Shown here: positions 21,482-32,525 of the stretch, piece by piece
How positions within the stretch are numbered: the first letter of the stretch is position 1
Layout of the letters: each line of letters opens with the position of its first letter
Source: Mayamaea pseudoterrestris
Lineage: Eukaryota
NCBI GenBank assembly: GCA_027923505.1
Contig: BROI01000007.1
Span: forward strand, 930,001-994,000
Direction: 5' to 3'
Length of the DNA stretch: 64,000 bases
The notes under the pieces: model-generated
Database searches by the model: none
What the model saw: only the letters and a program-made list of their open reading frames with translations
What the model was told of the DNA's origin: nothing
Translations under genes and position numbers: made by a program

Positions 21482-23470
21482 TCAGTGTCCGACAAAGCCG
21501 ACTGACGATGTGTTTGCGAATTTGCTAGCTGACGATGCGTTTCCTATGCCTATATTTAGCGCTTGATTTCCATCAGGTCGCCTGTCCGATTCGAGCAGTC
21601 GTTGTTCTTGGTAAGGCAAGTCAAGGATATTTAGTTCTCTTGTATGTTGAAGTATATCAGTAGTTTCAATTGAATCGTCCAACGACTGTTGCGACTGCGA
21701 AGCTTGAGTGTAGAAAAAATGATTTCGCTGCATTTCAGTTGGTGGTGACTGCACAGAAAGGTAAAAGTCTCGGGTTGGCGGTGCGTTAGCCGCTGGTTTT
21801 TCGTGTTCTAGCTGCAAGTTTGCATCAGCCACTGCTGACTCTTCTCTGGCGCGCTTTAATTGGGAGCATTCATTACGAGTTCCACTTAAGGAAGAGCCAT
21901 TCTCTGCTTCGGTTGTTGATTCGCGCAATAGAGGTCCTGCTTCCTTGCTTCTTTGTACGGCCAATATGGACTTGTTAAAAGTCACGCTATGCAAATCAAC
22001 TTCAGCGTCCGGTGCTTGCTCATATTCGCCCGACATAGGTCCTGCTGACACAAGTCCGCCATTCGCAGCGCGTTGCTGGCAATTTAATATGCCATTTGGT
22101 TGAGAATTAATGTACATTTTTGGCGACTGGCTTGCATTATCAATCATCGTCGTCGATGCAATCGCGCCTACCTGCTCGCTTGTATTACATTCAAACTTTA
22201 TTGGACCTGCATCTAAGGGCACTCTTTTCTCGAAAGAGAGATCCAGCAGAGCAGCCACGACCGAGCCAATATTTTCTTCCACATTTACATCAGGTGAACA
22301 TGATAGCGCTTGTGATGAATACAATTCAGCAGTACTTGGCTGCAGCTGCGTATCACCTGCAGACGACAGATCCTGTACCGGCGCAGCAAAAGTATGACAT
22401 GGTAAATTGATGTGACTGCTCTCTCTGTCGCTGATTGTCGGGTCGGCATGAAATATATCCGTCGCACTTGCAACTTGTGTCAAATGTGAATCCTCTTCAG
22501 CTTCTAGCGTGTTGTCCGACGCCAAGCCGACAGGGTAGACGCTTGACGCTTCGTCGATTGCAGCAGAAGGTTGGCGAGGTGAATTGCTGTGGCTGCTCTC
22601 CTCTTTGCATTTGATCGATTCGGCAAAAACTTTATCCTTAGTATCTACTGTCAGCGACGAAAGCGATTTTCTTTCCACTTCTGAATCAACTTTCGACGCA
22701 TCTTTCACCCGCGCCAAGGAAGGACCAGGTAAATTTCTGTTATAGTTCTCTTTTTCGCACATTGTCGCGTCGGCATGCACTTTATTCGTTGGACTTGCTG
22801 GTGGCGTCATTTGTAATCCCGTATCATCTCTTGGCGTATTCTCCAATGTCGGCAATTGGCTCAAAATTGGTAACTGCTCGGAATCCTTCTTCGTTTCTTG
22901 TGGGGCTGCTCTTGGACGAGTCATTCTTGTCAAAGGAAGCAACAAAGGCTGGCGAATGAAAGCTTCATCTTGCTCAACACGCTCCTTTGATGGCTCCTCG
23001 TTAGTATCGCCGTCAATCATTTCCTTTATCAACGGATCACACGCAAGACTTTCGCAACAATCTTGTGCATCATTGTATGGGTTCGTTGCGCGCGAATGCA
23101 AGGCCTTCGTCTCGAGAAAATCTACTGCATTGTTGTATAGATTCTTCTCGGACTCGCAGTCAGTAGTTTTCACAGTCGCTGATGATATTTCCGGTTGTAT
23201 AGTGAGCTGAGGTTGCTCGTCATCTCCTGCATGAATGGCGGCAAGGAGCAGTTCGGGAAAAGACTCGTTCTGCACCTTAATACGGACACGCCAGGTCAAC
23301 GATTCATCAAAACCATTTAGTAATTTCGATTTGTGCAAATTATTGTTGAGTGGTACATTCACCCTAGTCGTTTCTTGGGAATCTGAATCGCACTTGACGC
23401 CGGAAACATGATCGTCGGCCACGATGGTAAACACGGCGGAAAGAGATTGCGGAAGTATTGCATTCCGCAC
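21482..23470 (-). CDS. Long acidic/Ser-rich disordered ORF, probably the BRCA2 N-terminal region
   Basis: 662-aa open frame abutting the BRCA2 ORF in another frame. It has no ATG at its 5' boundary. Confidence 0.55.
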   Translation of the reverse strand: MRNAILPQSLSAVFTIVADDHVSGVKCDSDSQETTRVNVPLNNNLHKSKLLNGFDESLTWRVRIKVQNESFPELLLAAIHAGDDEQPQLTIQPEISSATVKTTDCESEKNLYNNAVDFLETKALHSRATNPYNDAQDCCESLACDPLIKEMIDGDTNEEPSKERVEQDEAFIRQPLLLPLTRMTRPRAAPQETKKDSEQLPILSQLPTLENTPRDDTGLQMTPPASPTNKVHADATMCEKENYNRNLPGPSLARVKDASKVDSEVERKSLSSLTVDTKDKVFAESIKCKEESSHSNSPRQPSAAIDEASSVYPVGLASDNTLEAEEDSHLTQVASATDIFHADPTISDRESSHINLPCHTFAAPVQDLSSAGDTQLQPSTAELYSSQALSCSPDVNVEENIGSVVAALLDLSFEKRVPLDAGPIKFECNTSEQVGAIASTTMIDNASQSPKMYINSQPNGILNCQQRAANGGLVSAGPMSGEYEQAPDAEVDLHSVTFNKSILAVQRSKEAGPLLRESTTEAENGSSLSGTRNECSQLKRAREESAVADANLQLEHEKPAANAPPTRDFYLSVQSPPTEMQRNHFFYTQASQSQQSLDDSIETTDILQHTRELNILDLPYQEQRLLESDRRPDGNQALNIGIGNASSASKFANTSSVGFVGH

Positions 23471-23800
23471 CTTGACGTGGACTAGACACTCTGACGGTAA
23501 ATGCTTGATGTATCGCTTTGGATAGCGTCGCGCGAGGATTGCGAGCAGTTCCGAAAAAAACGATTTGGGACGCTCAGTGAATCTTCATTCGATGAGCTCG
23601 AGTGCAAGTATTGTTGACTGGTACAGCCACCCTCATCCTTTCTTGGGGACCTGAATCGCTCTTGACGTCGGAAACATGATCGCCATCGTCATACAGGGCG
23701 TAAAGAGGTTGCGGAAGTATTGCATCTTGCACCTTGACGCGAACTAGAAGCTCTAAATGCGTAAAATGCTGCATTGTATCGCGTTGGATAGCGTCAATGC
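23340..23800 (-). repeat. Diverged ~262-bp tandem duplication
   Basis: VRVKVQDAILPQPL..DHVSDVKSDSGPQE..VPVNN versus VHVKVRNAILPQSL..DHVSGVKCDSDSQE..VPLNN. accttgacg occurs at 23469 and 23731. Confidence 0.85.
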
Positions 23801-24203
23801 TGAGTAAGTTTGGACTCGTCGGTCGACTCTGGGGACGCTTGCGTTTGCGATTTGGTCTGGGTTTGGCTTTCGTCGTCGACGATACAGTATCGTTACGTCG
23901 ACTGGCTCGTGCAGGCTTGATTGACAATCTTTTCTCATTCTTTTCCTCGCTTACCAATGTTGATTGCTGCGTTTGCGCGCTCCGCGTAGCACCAAATTGT
24001 TCGCTCGATGCTGCATCACCCATCGCTGCATCGGCGGCTGACGCAGCTACTACTGGTCGGCGCGTTTCACACGCCTTGCAGCGCCGGCATCGCGCCGGAT
24101 TCTCCAGTGTACAGGCGGAACAGATCCATCTCTCGGGCGAAATTGTCTTGCTTGCGGCTGTCGAGGCAGCTTCCTTAGCTCGAGGGCGTTTCAATGACGG
24201 CAT
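23574..24203 (-). CDS. RanBP2/NZF zinc-finger exon, probable first exon of the BRCA2 locus
   Basis: WICSACTLENPARCRRCKAC matches W-x-C-x2-C-x3-N-x6-C-x2-C. Basic NLS-like stretches are present. Confidence 0.7.
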   Translation of the reverse strand: MPSLKRPRAKEAASTAASKTISPERWICSACTLENPARCRRCKACETRRPVVAASAADAAMGDAASSEQFGATRSAQTQQSTLVSEEKNEKRLSIKPARASRRNDTVSSTTKAKPRPNRKRKRPQSRPTSPNLLSIDAIQRDTMQHFTHLELLVRVKVQDAILPQPLYALYDDGDHVSDVKSDSGPQERMRVAVPVNNTCTRAHRMKIH

Positions 24204-24462
24204 GATGGTGACGAATTCTGTTCGAGACCCGTCGTAGTCAGCAGATGTTTTAAAAGCCTCAACGACAAGAATTGTAATAATCTCGTCCTTTATTTAGTTT
24301 GCTTGAAAGAGACTACCGGTAGTGATGCAATGAATGCGCAGACGGCACCTGATGCGCCATGGTCAACATAATGCATGCTGACGATGAAACGGCTATAATC
24401 GCACCGGTATTCGCTAGGACACGCTCAAGAACGACGCGGCAACCGCGGCCACAAAAATAACC

Positions 24463-24885
24463 ATGGCCACACCCATCATGGATCGCCCGCATTCCTGCGT
24501 CGTTCGCCTCGCCTTTCCAACGGTTCTGCATGCCGAGCAAGTGATGCGAGTCATGCAGGTTGATCAAGAAATTGGGGATCGAGTCACCAAGAGCTTTTCC
24601 ATTGACGAAGCCTCGGCCAATGTTCTCGTCGTGTAAGTGTTTGGTAGTCAGTTTAATTCACTGACAATAATGACAGAATGATGCTGAAAAGCTGATATAC
24701 GACTTTGTAATGGATGTTTGACAGAATCTCACACTTATTCGTATCATCACTGTTCTAAAACAATGTTTCGCAGACGATTCGAAGCAACCGAACTCAAAAT
24801 GCTGCGCGTTTCAGTGTCATCCTTTTACGACTATTTACTCGTCGCTTTGAAATGTTACCAGGAGTTTGACACGTCTCTTCGATGA
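24463..24885 (+). CDS. PCC1: EKC/KEOPS complex subunit Pcc1/LAGE3, 2 exons
   Basis: MATPIMDRPHSCVVRLAFPT..VMQVDQEIGDRVTKSF..VLVV|RFEATELKMLRVSVSSFYDYLLVALKCYQEF. Intron 24633-24773. Confidence 0.85.
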
Positions 24886-25876
24886 TGCGAGCGCATGATA
24901 TGCGTTTCTTGCGACGAGGATCAGATTCTAAATGCAGACAGCCAGCTGATTTCTTCAGGCTGCAATTGGTGTGGCTATTGGCTTTTGATGGCTACCCGGC
25001 AGCTGCGACTTGCGATCTTATTTTGACTACATTATACCAATTCAGTGAAGACATGAGGCATGGCAGATGATAGGCATTCTGCAAGTTGAGTTTGCTCAAA
25101 GGGTTCATGCGTAATGCGGTTCATCCTCACTCCTCACTAGTCACTAGAGTGCTAGAGTGGGGTATGGCGCTATAACTGAGCGCAGGTTGGCAGCGCGAGT
25201 CTTTGTTTGTTATATAATATGTTAATGCTTTTTCTACTTTCAATTTACATGGTCATTAGCTGTGAAGATGGATCTTTGGCAATCGTTTGCCTCTCTCGCA
25301 AGTTTCACCGCGCCATGGTGAAGCGGACGAAAGTTACTCCGATTTTGTTTCCGTTGAAGACTCGACTTTAAGCTCGACCGGCTCGATAGGAATCGTGGAA
25401 AATTCCAATACTTAGACATAACTCTCCGTTGCGTTAAGTATTTAAGGCCATACACGCTTGTAAAGGTATCCAACAGGTAGGACGAAACCGACACTTTCCT
25501 CAACGCAACACGCGATCGCTCACACAACCATGGCGGATCGATTCAACCGACCATTGGCGATTCAACTCTTGCTGCACTAGTAGCAAATCGTCAAGGGTTC
25601 CTCCTGTTCCGCGTTAGTCGTGACTGATTCGGATCGACGGCGCGAATACCTCGACGCTACTAACTAGTACGACGTCGCAGCCATTACTTCCTGTCCATCT
25701 CTAGCAGCGAAACCGCAGATAACCGTCTTGTAACGACATCAAATTTCGTGGCCGAGGAAGAAACCTTGCGTGTGTGTGTACACCAGCGAAAGACACGTGA
25801 ACAGATTGTTGGAGCGCAACGCATTGGAATAGAGTGTATAACTAGCAAGAGCAATACTAGCAGGAGCAGCAACAAT

Positions 25877-27646
25877 ATGCCAACCAGCGTGATTCACACG
25901 CCCAACATGAGCACGGACAGTGACGACGACGCGCTGGCAAGTCCTCAAGTAATTGACAGCAACGCGTCCTGCTGGGTCACGGAGCCAACCTGCAACGATG
26001 TACTATGCGGCAGAGGCGGATCCATTAACGGCCATCCAGGCAATGAGTTTTACAGAGCGCTCGTTGAAAAGAGGAGACGAGTGTACTTGACGGCGCGATT
26101 TAAGCGAGAGAAGCGACTGATTGCCAGCAGCATTGTATCGGAGATTCGAGGATTGAATCCATCGGGTCGGTTTCTGACGCGAGACACCAAGTCGGGGCGA
26201 TGGCGCGACATTGGAGATGAAAAGGCGCGCGACAAGACGAGTCAGGCGCTGCGAGAGAATGCTCCAACGATTCGAGCCGAGATTGAAACGGAGATTAACG
26301 AACATCATGCGGAAATGCAGCGCGCCGAAGAGGAAGGAACTCATGTTTCGCAGCATGCTCCGCCTCCGTATCCAGCCTACAGTGCACCAGGTTGGGGCTA
26401 TCCAGCCTTTTATGGACATCCGCATGCATATGGACATGGTCCACCACCACCACCACCTCCATATCATGGCTTTTGGGGCGCACCCCCTCCGCACTATCCG
26501 CCGCACCCTTCGCCATATACGCAAGCAACATCGTCTACCCCGTATCCTCCATCGCCTCCAAAGTCTGCACTGGAACAGACTGTGGACCTTGTCGCGTCAA
26601 GCGCCGACTCTATCAAACAGTGGACTCAAAAGAGTCTATCGTTTGGCGGCATGCTGCAACCAACAAACTCGTCGGACGGCGCTTCTCGCGCCGACACGAA
26701 TGGAAGCAAGCCCATTGTCTATGTACATGACGATGGCACCAAGAAGCGACGCATGGTCAAGTTTCGCGAGGATCAATCCTTTTCGTCCGCATCACGGCGA
26801 AGACCCACCAAGCGGCACAATGCAAATGCTTCCTTGAATGGCAATTCGCTCGTCAATGGCGAATACGACTATGAGCCGCACGACTTGGAGGCGACGGCGG
26901 CTGCGGCTGACGGCAGTCCCACTGGACTCATGAACTCGTTTGCCAATAATTTTCTCAGTTCCATTGGTTCGTGGGATGCAGTTTCCATCATGTGCGGACA
27001 AGACCAATCTGACGATCGTAAATTCTTTCCTCGTGGTCACGATGACGACGTGGACGAGCATGACGGCATGGAGCATGTGCCCGACGAGGACATGGTTGAG
27101 TGGGAAGGCCAGGAGGTGCAACTCATGGACAATCGCATTGGCAGCGGCAGCGACTCGTGCCGCGAGTCGACTCCGGATCGCATGCCGCCGCCCCCTCGAC
27201 GCCACGGTTTCGACCAAGCGTCGTCGGTTGGCTTTTCGTCGTTGGGAAGCTGTCACTCGTGGCTGCCCGATCAAATTAGTGCCACTGCTTCATACTTTCA
27301 AGGATCGCGCGGCGAAGGCGACAGTATGGATTTGGACTCTGCGGGAGGAACGGAAAACTTTTCTGCTGCCGGGTCGGTGGGCGGCGGTTCACTCACCAAG
27401 GTGTTTGAGCATGAAACGCTGGACGATGGTTTACGGTCGCCGCAAATGACACTCCAAGCCTTGCAAACCATGCCGTCGTGGGAGCGGCACATTCGAAGTC
27501 GTAGTCCGTCGTCGGTGGGAGGTGATGACGATGAGTCGCTCATTTCTCGCACAAGCAGCAAACTTTCGGATCATGGCGGCGGCGGCGGCCTTTCCATCTT
27601 TCCCGTGGGCAGCGCGTCAAGCATGAATTGGGAGTCTCGCGAGTAG
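25877..27646 (+). CDS. DUF6824-domain protein (diatom-expanded putative DNA-binding family)
   Basis: NDVLCGRGG..HPGN..YR..KR.IA..IV..GRFL..W..KTSQALRE, followed by a Pro/Tyr-rich disordered tail. Confidence 0.85.
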   Translation: MPTSVIHTPNMSTDSDDDALASPQVIDSNASCWVTEPTCNDVLCGRGGSINGHPGNEFYRALVEKRRRVYLTARFKREKRLIASSIVSEIRGLNPSGRFLTRDTKSGRWRDIGDEKARDKTSQALRENAPTIRAEIETEINEHHAEMQRAEEEGTHVSQHAPPPYPAYSAPGWGYPAFYGHPHAYGHGPPPPPPPYHGFWGAPPPHYPPHPSPYTQATSSTPYPPSPPKSALEQTVDLVASSADSIKQWTQKSLSFGGMLQPTNSSDGASRADTNGSKPIVYVHDDGTKKRRMVKFREDQSFSSASRRRPTKRHNANASLNGNSLVNGEYDYEPHDLEATAAAADGSPTGLMNSFANNFLSSIGSWDAVSIMCGQDQSDDRKFFPRGHDDDVDEHDGMEHVPDEDMVEWEGQEVQLMDNRIGSGSDSCRESTPDRMPPPPRRHGFDQASSVGFSSLGSCHSWLPDQISATASYFQGSRGEGDSMDLDSAGGTENFSAAGSVGGGSLTKVFEHETLDDGLRSPQMTLQALQTMPSWERHIRSRSPSSVGGDDDESLISRTSSKLSDHGGGGGLSIFPVGSASSMNWESRE

Positions 27647-27930
27647 TCCAACTGTACGGTAGCACACAAAAAGTATAATAACAATTAGACATATGCATTT
27701 CTACAACTTGGTACATTGCGTGACTTTATAATGATCAATAAAACGTAGTTTGCTCAAAGGCAAAGTACCGGTAGCTGGTTGTGTTGAAACGGTGCGACAT
27801 TTAGATCCAGATCCAAGATCTTCGACGCAAGTCGGCTTCGAACAGCTTCGTTCCGACGATGATTCATCCCCAACTTTGTTGCTCATCCCCATCAAACATC
27901 ATTCTATAAGCAAGCGAACACTTGTAAACC

Positions 27931-29737
27931 ATGACTAACCAAGAAAAGGAAGAGAAAATGCTTTCCGAAAAAGGCTTCTTGCCGCCCACGGAAGTAGCCG
28001 AGGTGTCGCCGGAAGAAATGGAGTGGTTGAACGACGCGACCTTGAGCATTGTCGTTGTCGGCGCCTCGGGCGACTTGGCCAAGGTAAGATGATGGATGAA
28101 CTCGTATAGACCGAAGATTTGTGTGGAAGTGTGGTTACTTGACTCCATGACAACTCATTGCTCTTCGTGGCCTTCTTGCTGCTGACACGCACCACAGAAA
28201 ATGACCTTTCCATCACTGCTAAATCTCTTTGATGACAAATTCTTGCCAGAAAATGTTCGCATCTTTGGGTACGCTCGCTCCAAGATGAGCAGCGAGGATC
28301 TCCACGAAAAGCTTCGACCAAACTTGACCAAGAAACGCTCGGACGAAGCGGTGGATCGATTCTTAAAGCAGGTATCGTACCAAGGCGGCGAGTCCTATGG
28401 GGACAAGGATGCGTTCAACAAGATCAAGGAAGAAATTGAAAAGTATGAGAGTGAGCAATCGGCAAAGCATTCGAATCGCTTATTCTACTTTGCCATTCCA
28501 CCGAACGTGTTTGGCGATACGGCTGTTGCCATCAAGGAAACGTGCATGCAAGACGAGTCAAAGGGTTGGTCTCGATTGATTGTTGAGAAACCGTTTGGCA
28601 AGGACTTGGAGTCGTTTGAAGAGTTGAACAAGACACTCAGTGAGCACTTTGAGGAGGATCAAATGTTTCGCATTGACCATTACCTTGGAAAGGAAATGGT
28701 GCAGAATTTGAATATACTTCGCTTCTCCAACGCATGGTTCGAGCCATTGTGGAATCGCAATCATATTCAGTGCGTCATTCTCACGTTCAAGGAGCCGCAG
28801 ACAGTGGAAGGAAGGTATGGATATTTCGACCAATATGGTATAATTCTGGATGTTATACAGAATCACTTGCTACAAGTCCTTACGCTGCTTGCCATGGAGA
28901 CGCCAACGGAGGTGATGGGACCGAGGTCCAGCAAAGCTATTCGAGATGCCAAGGTCGCCGTCTTAAACTCCATGTCGGAGATTACGTTGGATGATGTCAT
29001 CTTGGGCCAATACGAAGGCTACACCGACGATCCTGACCTTGAAAACAAGGATTCAAACACGCCAACGTTTGCCATGATCCGGGTCAAAGTCAACACTCCG
29101 CGTTGGTATGGCGTTCCCATCATCTTAAAGGCTGGAAAGGCGCTTGATGAGCACAAGTCGGAGGTTCGCATTCAGTTCAAGGATGCTCCTGCCGCTCAAT
29201 TCCTGTTTCCGCACGATGTTCCGCGCAATGAGCTTGGTAAGTCGCTTGTTGAACAAGGTGACCTGTATGTTTCAGTACCGCAAACACTCGTGTCTAATAT
29301 CATTCCTATCTTCTTCATCAGTCATGCGCCTGCAGCCGCACGAAGCGATCTACATGAAGACGAACGTGAAAAGCCCTGGATTTTCGGCGCAACCGATTCA
29401 ATCAGAGCTGGAAGTCAACTACGATACGCGCTTCTTCTCGCACACGAAGGAATCTAACCCTGATGCGTACACTCGCCTCATTTTGGACGTACTGCAAGAC
29501 AAGCACGCTGCCTTTGTGCGCGACGATGAACTTCGCAGGGCGTGGGAAGTATTCACTCCTGTGTTGCACAAGATTGAGGAGGAAAACGTTCGACCAATCA
29601 TTTACAAGCAAGGTTCACGTGGGCCAGTCGAGTCGGACGAGTATATTAGCCGTGTTGCGGACTATAAAAGAAACGAGGATTATGTTTTCTACGATGGCGA
29701 CGTGAAGAAAAAGTCGGGTGCGGAGGAGAAGAAGTAA
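27931..29737 (+). CDS. G6PD: Glucose-6-phosphate 1-dehydrogenase (no targeting peptide, likely cytosolic), 3 exons
   Basis: GASGDLAK|KMTFP, EKPFG, RIDHYLGKE, DVIQNHL. Introns 28084-28197 and 29237-29321. Confidence 0.97.
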
Positions 29738-29974
29738 GGAAACTATATAGTATCATTTTCTACATGTTTACCCACTGTGAAGGTGGCTAAATCTTGTTAG
29801 CTACCAATCACGCCACTCGTAGACTGACTTGAAGCTCGATGTAGTTTACCAATAGCTTACAAACCTTTGCCCCGTGATAGAGAAAGGAGGGTATCTTTAC
29901 AAGTCGCATGCGACATTCTGCAGTACGTCATCGATCAAGCGCGTTTCGTTTGACTCATTTCTTCACATTTCACC

Positions 29975-31390
29975 ATGAAGATTGTCGCTGTACTGCTCCT
30001 CTGCGGATGCATCGTTCATGCAGAGGCCTTTGTAAGCCCGTCAAGAAGGTCTAGCGTGAGGAGAATACTAAATGAGCGGACTTTAGGAGAACTACAGCGC
30101 CCAGTGCGGCTAACCTTGCACGAGCCTGTAATCAATGAACAAGCAAAATCAGAATCTGCTTCACGAACATCGATCCATCCAATTCAAGCAATATCAACTG
30201 CATTCATATCATTGAGTCTGTGTTTCATTCTTTCATTTTCGCCGCAACCATCATCTGCATCCGACTATGGCTCGCTATCAGACGAGCAAAAATTAGTCGC
30301 CGAAGCCTGGCGCTTGGTCGACAACAGCTTCATTGACCGAACCTTCAATAACCAAGACTGGTTCCAGCTGCGCCAAGACAATGTCAAACGCAAGTACAAA
30401 AACATGCAGGAGGCGCAAACAGCCATTCAAAGCATGGTTGCCTCGTTGGGTGACAAGTACACGCGCTACCTTCCTCCGGCCAAGTACCAATCCATGGTGG
30501 ACAGTGCCACGGGAACATTGGCAGGCGTTGGCGTGGAAATTTCCGTCAATGCCAATCAAAAGGTGATTGTGTCGGACGTCGAGCAAAAGAGTCCGGCGCA
30601 AGCTGCGGGCATGCAAGCGAACGACGTGTTTGTGGAAGTGGATGGAACGCGTTTCGAAGCGGGGGCGACGCCGGATGACGTTGCGTTGAAACTGCGCGGC
30701 CCCAAGGGATCCAAGGTGGGAGTCGTTTTGGAGCGGGACGGCAAGCAGCTGGATTTCATTGTGACGCGAGAGCCAATTACAATCACTTCCGTGAGAAGCT
30801 ACATGTCTAATCTGAATGGCGTTGGCAAGGTGGGAGTTGTTCGCATCAAATCCTTTTCGGGAACAACAGCGGCAACAGTGGCTGAGAAAATGAGCGATTT
30901 GAAGAAGAAGGGCGCTCAAGCTTACGTAATTGATGTTCGTGGCAATCCTGGTGGACTTCTACCCGGTGGTGTGGATACTGCATCACTCTTTTTGGAACAA
31001 AACAAGCCAGTTGTCTTTGTCGTGGACAAGAAGGGGATTGTTGACGCACAGTCGACACTTGCGACTGGATCAGAGGTCGATGATACGCCCTTGGTAATTC
31101 TTGTGGATTCTGGAACTGCATCTGCCGCGGAAGTCTTTACAGCGGCGTTGAAGGAGAATGACCGCGCCGTTGTGGCTGGCGAAAAGACGTTTGGCAAGGG
31201 CATTGTGCAAACGATTCGTCCGCTATCGGAAGGCAACGGAGGCGTAGCAATTACGGTGGCTAGGTATGAAACGCCGCAGCATCATGACATTAACAAGCTT
31301 GGTATTGAAGTCGATGTTCCATCTCCAGTGGACTGCCCCAAGGATGATGCAACCCTCTGTCTCAAGGCATCAGTCTTCAAGCAACAATGA
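29975..31390 (+). CDS. ctpA: C-terminal processing peptidase (S41, D1-processing CtpA-like), plastid lumen
   Basis: AEA-FV presequence, PDZ domain (GVGVEI), DVRGNPGG, TASAAE, TFGKG. Confidence 0.9.
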   Translation: MKIVAVLLLCGCIVHAEAFVSPSRRSSVRRILNERTLGELQRPVRLTLHEPVINEQAKSESASRTSIHPIQAISTAFISLSLCFILSFSPQPSSASDYGSLSDEQKLVAEAWRLVDNSFIDRTFNNQDWFQLRQDNVKRKYKNMQEAQTAIQSMVASLGDKYTRYLPPAKYQSMVDSATGTLAGVGVEISVNANQKVIVSDVEQKSPAQAAGMQANDVFVEVDGTRFEAGATPDDVALKLRGPKGSKVGVVLERDGKQLDFIVTREPITITSVRSYMSNLNGVGKVGVVRIKSFSGTTAATVAEKMSDLKKKGAQAYVIDVRGNPGGLLPGGVDTASLFLEQNKPVVFVVDKKGIVDAQSTLATGSEVDDTPLVILVDSGTASAAEVFTAALKENDRAVVAGEKTFGKGIVQTIRPLSEGNGGVAITVARYETPQHHDINKLGIEVDVPSPVDCPKDDATLCLKASVFKQQ

Positions 31391-31511
31391 TCTAACAACA
31401 TAGTCAAGCTAGCTAATACGTAATAATGAAGACATAGATTACATAGTATATCGAAATATACATACTTCCAAGTTAAACGGAGTAATGTACATGCCAAGCA
31501 ACAACACAAAC

Positions 31512-32525
31512 TCATAATACGATCGCACCCAAGGTGTCCGTCGTCAAGGATGTGTCTCCCAAATAGGACGCCAAGCACGACCTCAGGAAGAGTAATCGCC
31601 GTCGCAGCCGCGCTGGATCGTTCGCCAGAAGATGGATGCTTCGACATATGAGTGGAATCTGCTTGATGGCCAAGAGTCGCTCGTAGTTGCCATTTTCGTC
31701 GCCCGGTTGATGCAGGCAAACGTGAAACAAGTTATGCTCGACGCAGTTGGCGATCAAGTGAAAGATATTGTAACTGACATGTTCAGTTGCTGCTTGCGTT
31801 TCATCCAAGTGATTGACAATAGCATTAGCAGCAGCAGTAGTATTGATCAAAAGACTGGCAATGCCAGAGTCCATCGAGTCGTCCTCCTGCATGCGCCGCT
31901 TGATCAAACCGCCAAACAGCTCCTTGTCAGCATGAGACACTCCCATGTGATCAGCATAGGCACTCGCCGAATCCTTGTAGAAAACCACACTAATCACCAA
32001 GGCCGTCACCTTATGCAAGAGTCGTGGACAAGTCGAGTGTAGTTGCGCCGACGACAGAATTGCAGCAATACCTCCGCAATTGACAAGTCTCGATTTGTTC
32101 GTAGCATTTCGATGGCAGAGTTTGTATAGTGCTTCCATGCAAATCATTTGAAGACGACGATTGTAGAGATTGTAGAGGGAATGAGCGCCAGATCCCGACA
32201 TGACTGCAACAATAGTGTGAACGTCACTGGCTTGCACAGCTTGAGCAACGATTGACTCGGCTCGCCAGTAAATTCTTGTATCGTCCGTCGGCACTATCCT
32301 CCTTCGTCTCTCTAGTTCCTCGCAGGCAATGACTTGCCGCTCCATGTCAATGATGCGCTGCGCAATGGCCGACTCGCCAACTGTCCCTTGCGTGACAAGG
32401 TTGCGGCGAAGGTTGGAGGCGTCGAGCTGTTGCAGCTCATGATACCGCATTTCAATCAAGCGACGAGCCAAGCAGCGCGGTGCAAAGGCTTTGTCTAGTA
32501 GTGCTGACAAGCGTAATGGATCCAT
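31512..32525 (-). CDS. Hypothetical protein with an ARM-like helical region
   Basis: Long ORF. CMEALYKLC..NKSRLVNCGGIAAILSS resembles an armadillo repeat. Confidence 0.5.
   Translation of the reverse strand: MDPLRLSALLDKAFAPRCLARRLIEMRYHELQQLDASNLRRNLVTQGTVGESAIAQRIIDMERQVIACEELERRRRIVPTDDTRIYWRAESIVAQAVQASDVHTIVAVMSGSGAHSLYNLYNRRLQMICMEALYKLCHRNATNKSRLVNCGGIAAILSSAQLHSTCPRLLHKVTALVISVVFYKDSASAYADHMGVSHADKELFGGLIKRRMQEDDSMDSGIASLLINTTAAANAIVNHLDETQAATEHVSYNIFHLIANCVEHNLFHVCLHQPGDENGNYERLLAIKQIPLICRSIHLLANDPARLRRRLLFLRSCLASYLGDTSLTTDTLGAIVL

Noticed and set aside
21482..23576. Selenocysteine read-through of the TGA stops in the BRCA2 5' region
   Set aside because: The downstream coding sequence is in a different frame, so read-through would not join the ORFs.
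3885..29737. Pentose-phosphate gene cluster (RPI and G6PDH)
   Set aside because: The genes are 23 kb apart and their products are predicted for different compartments.
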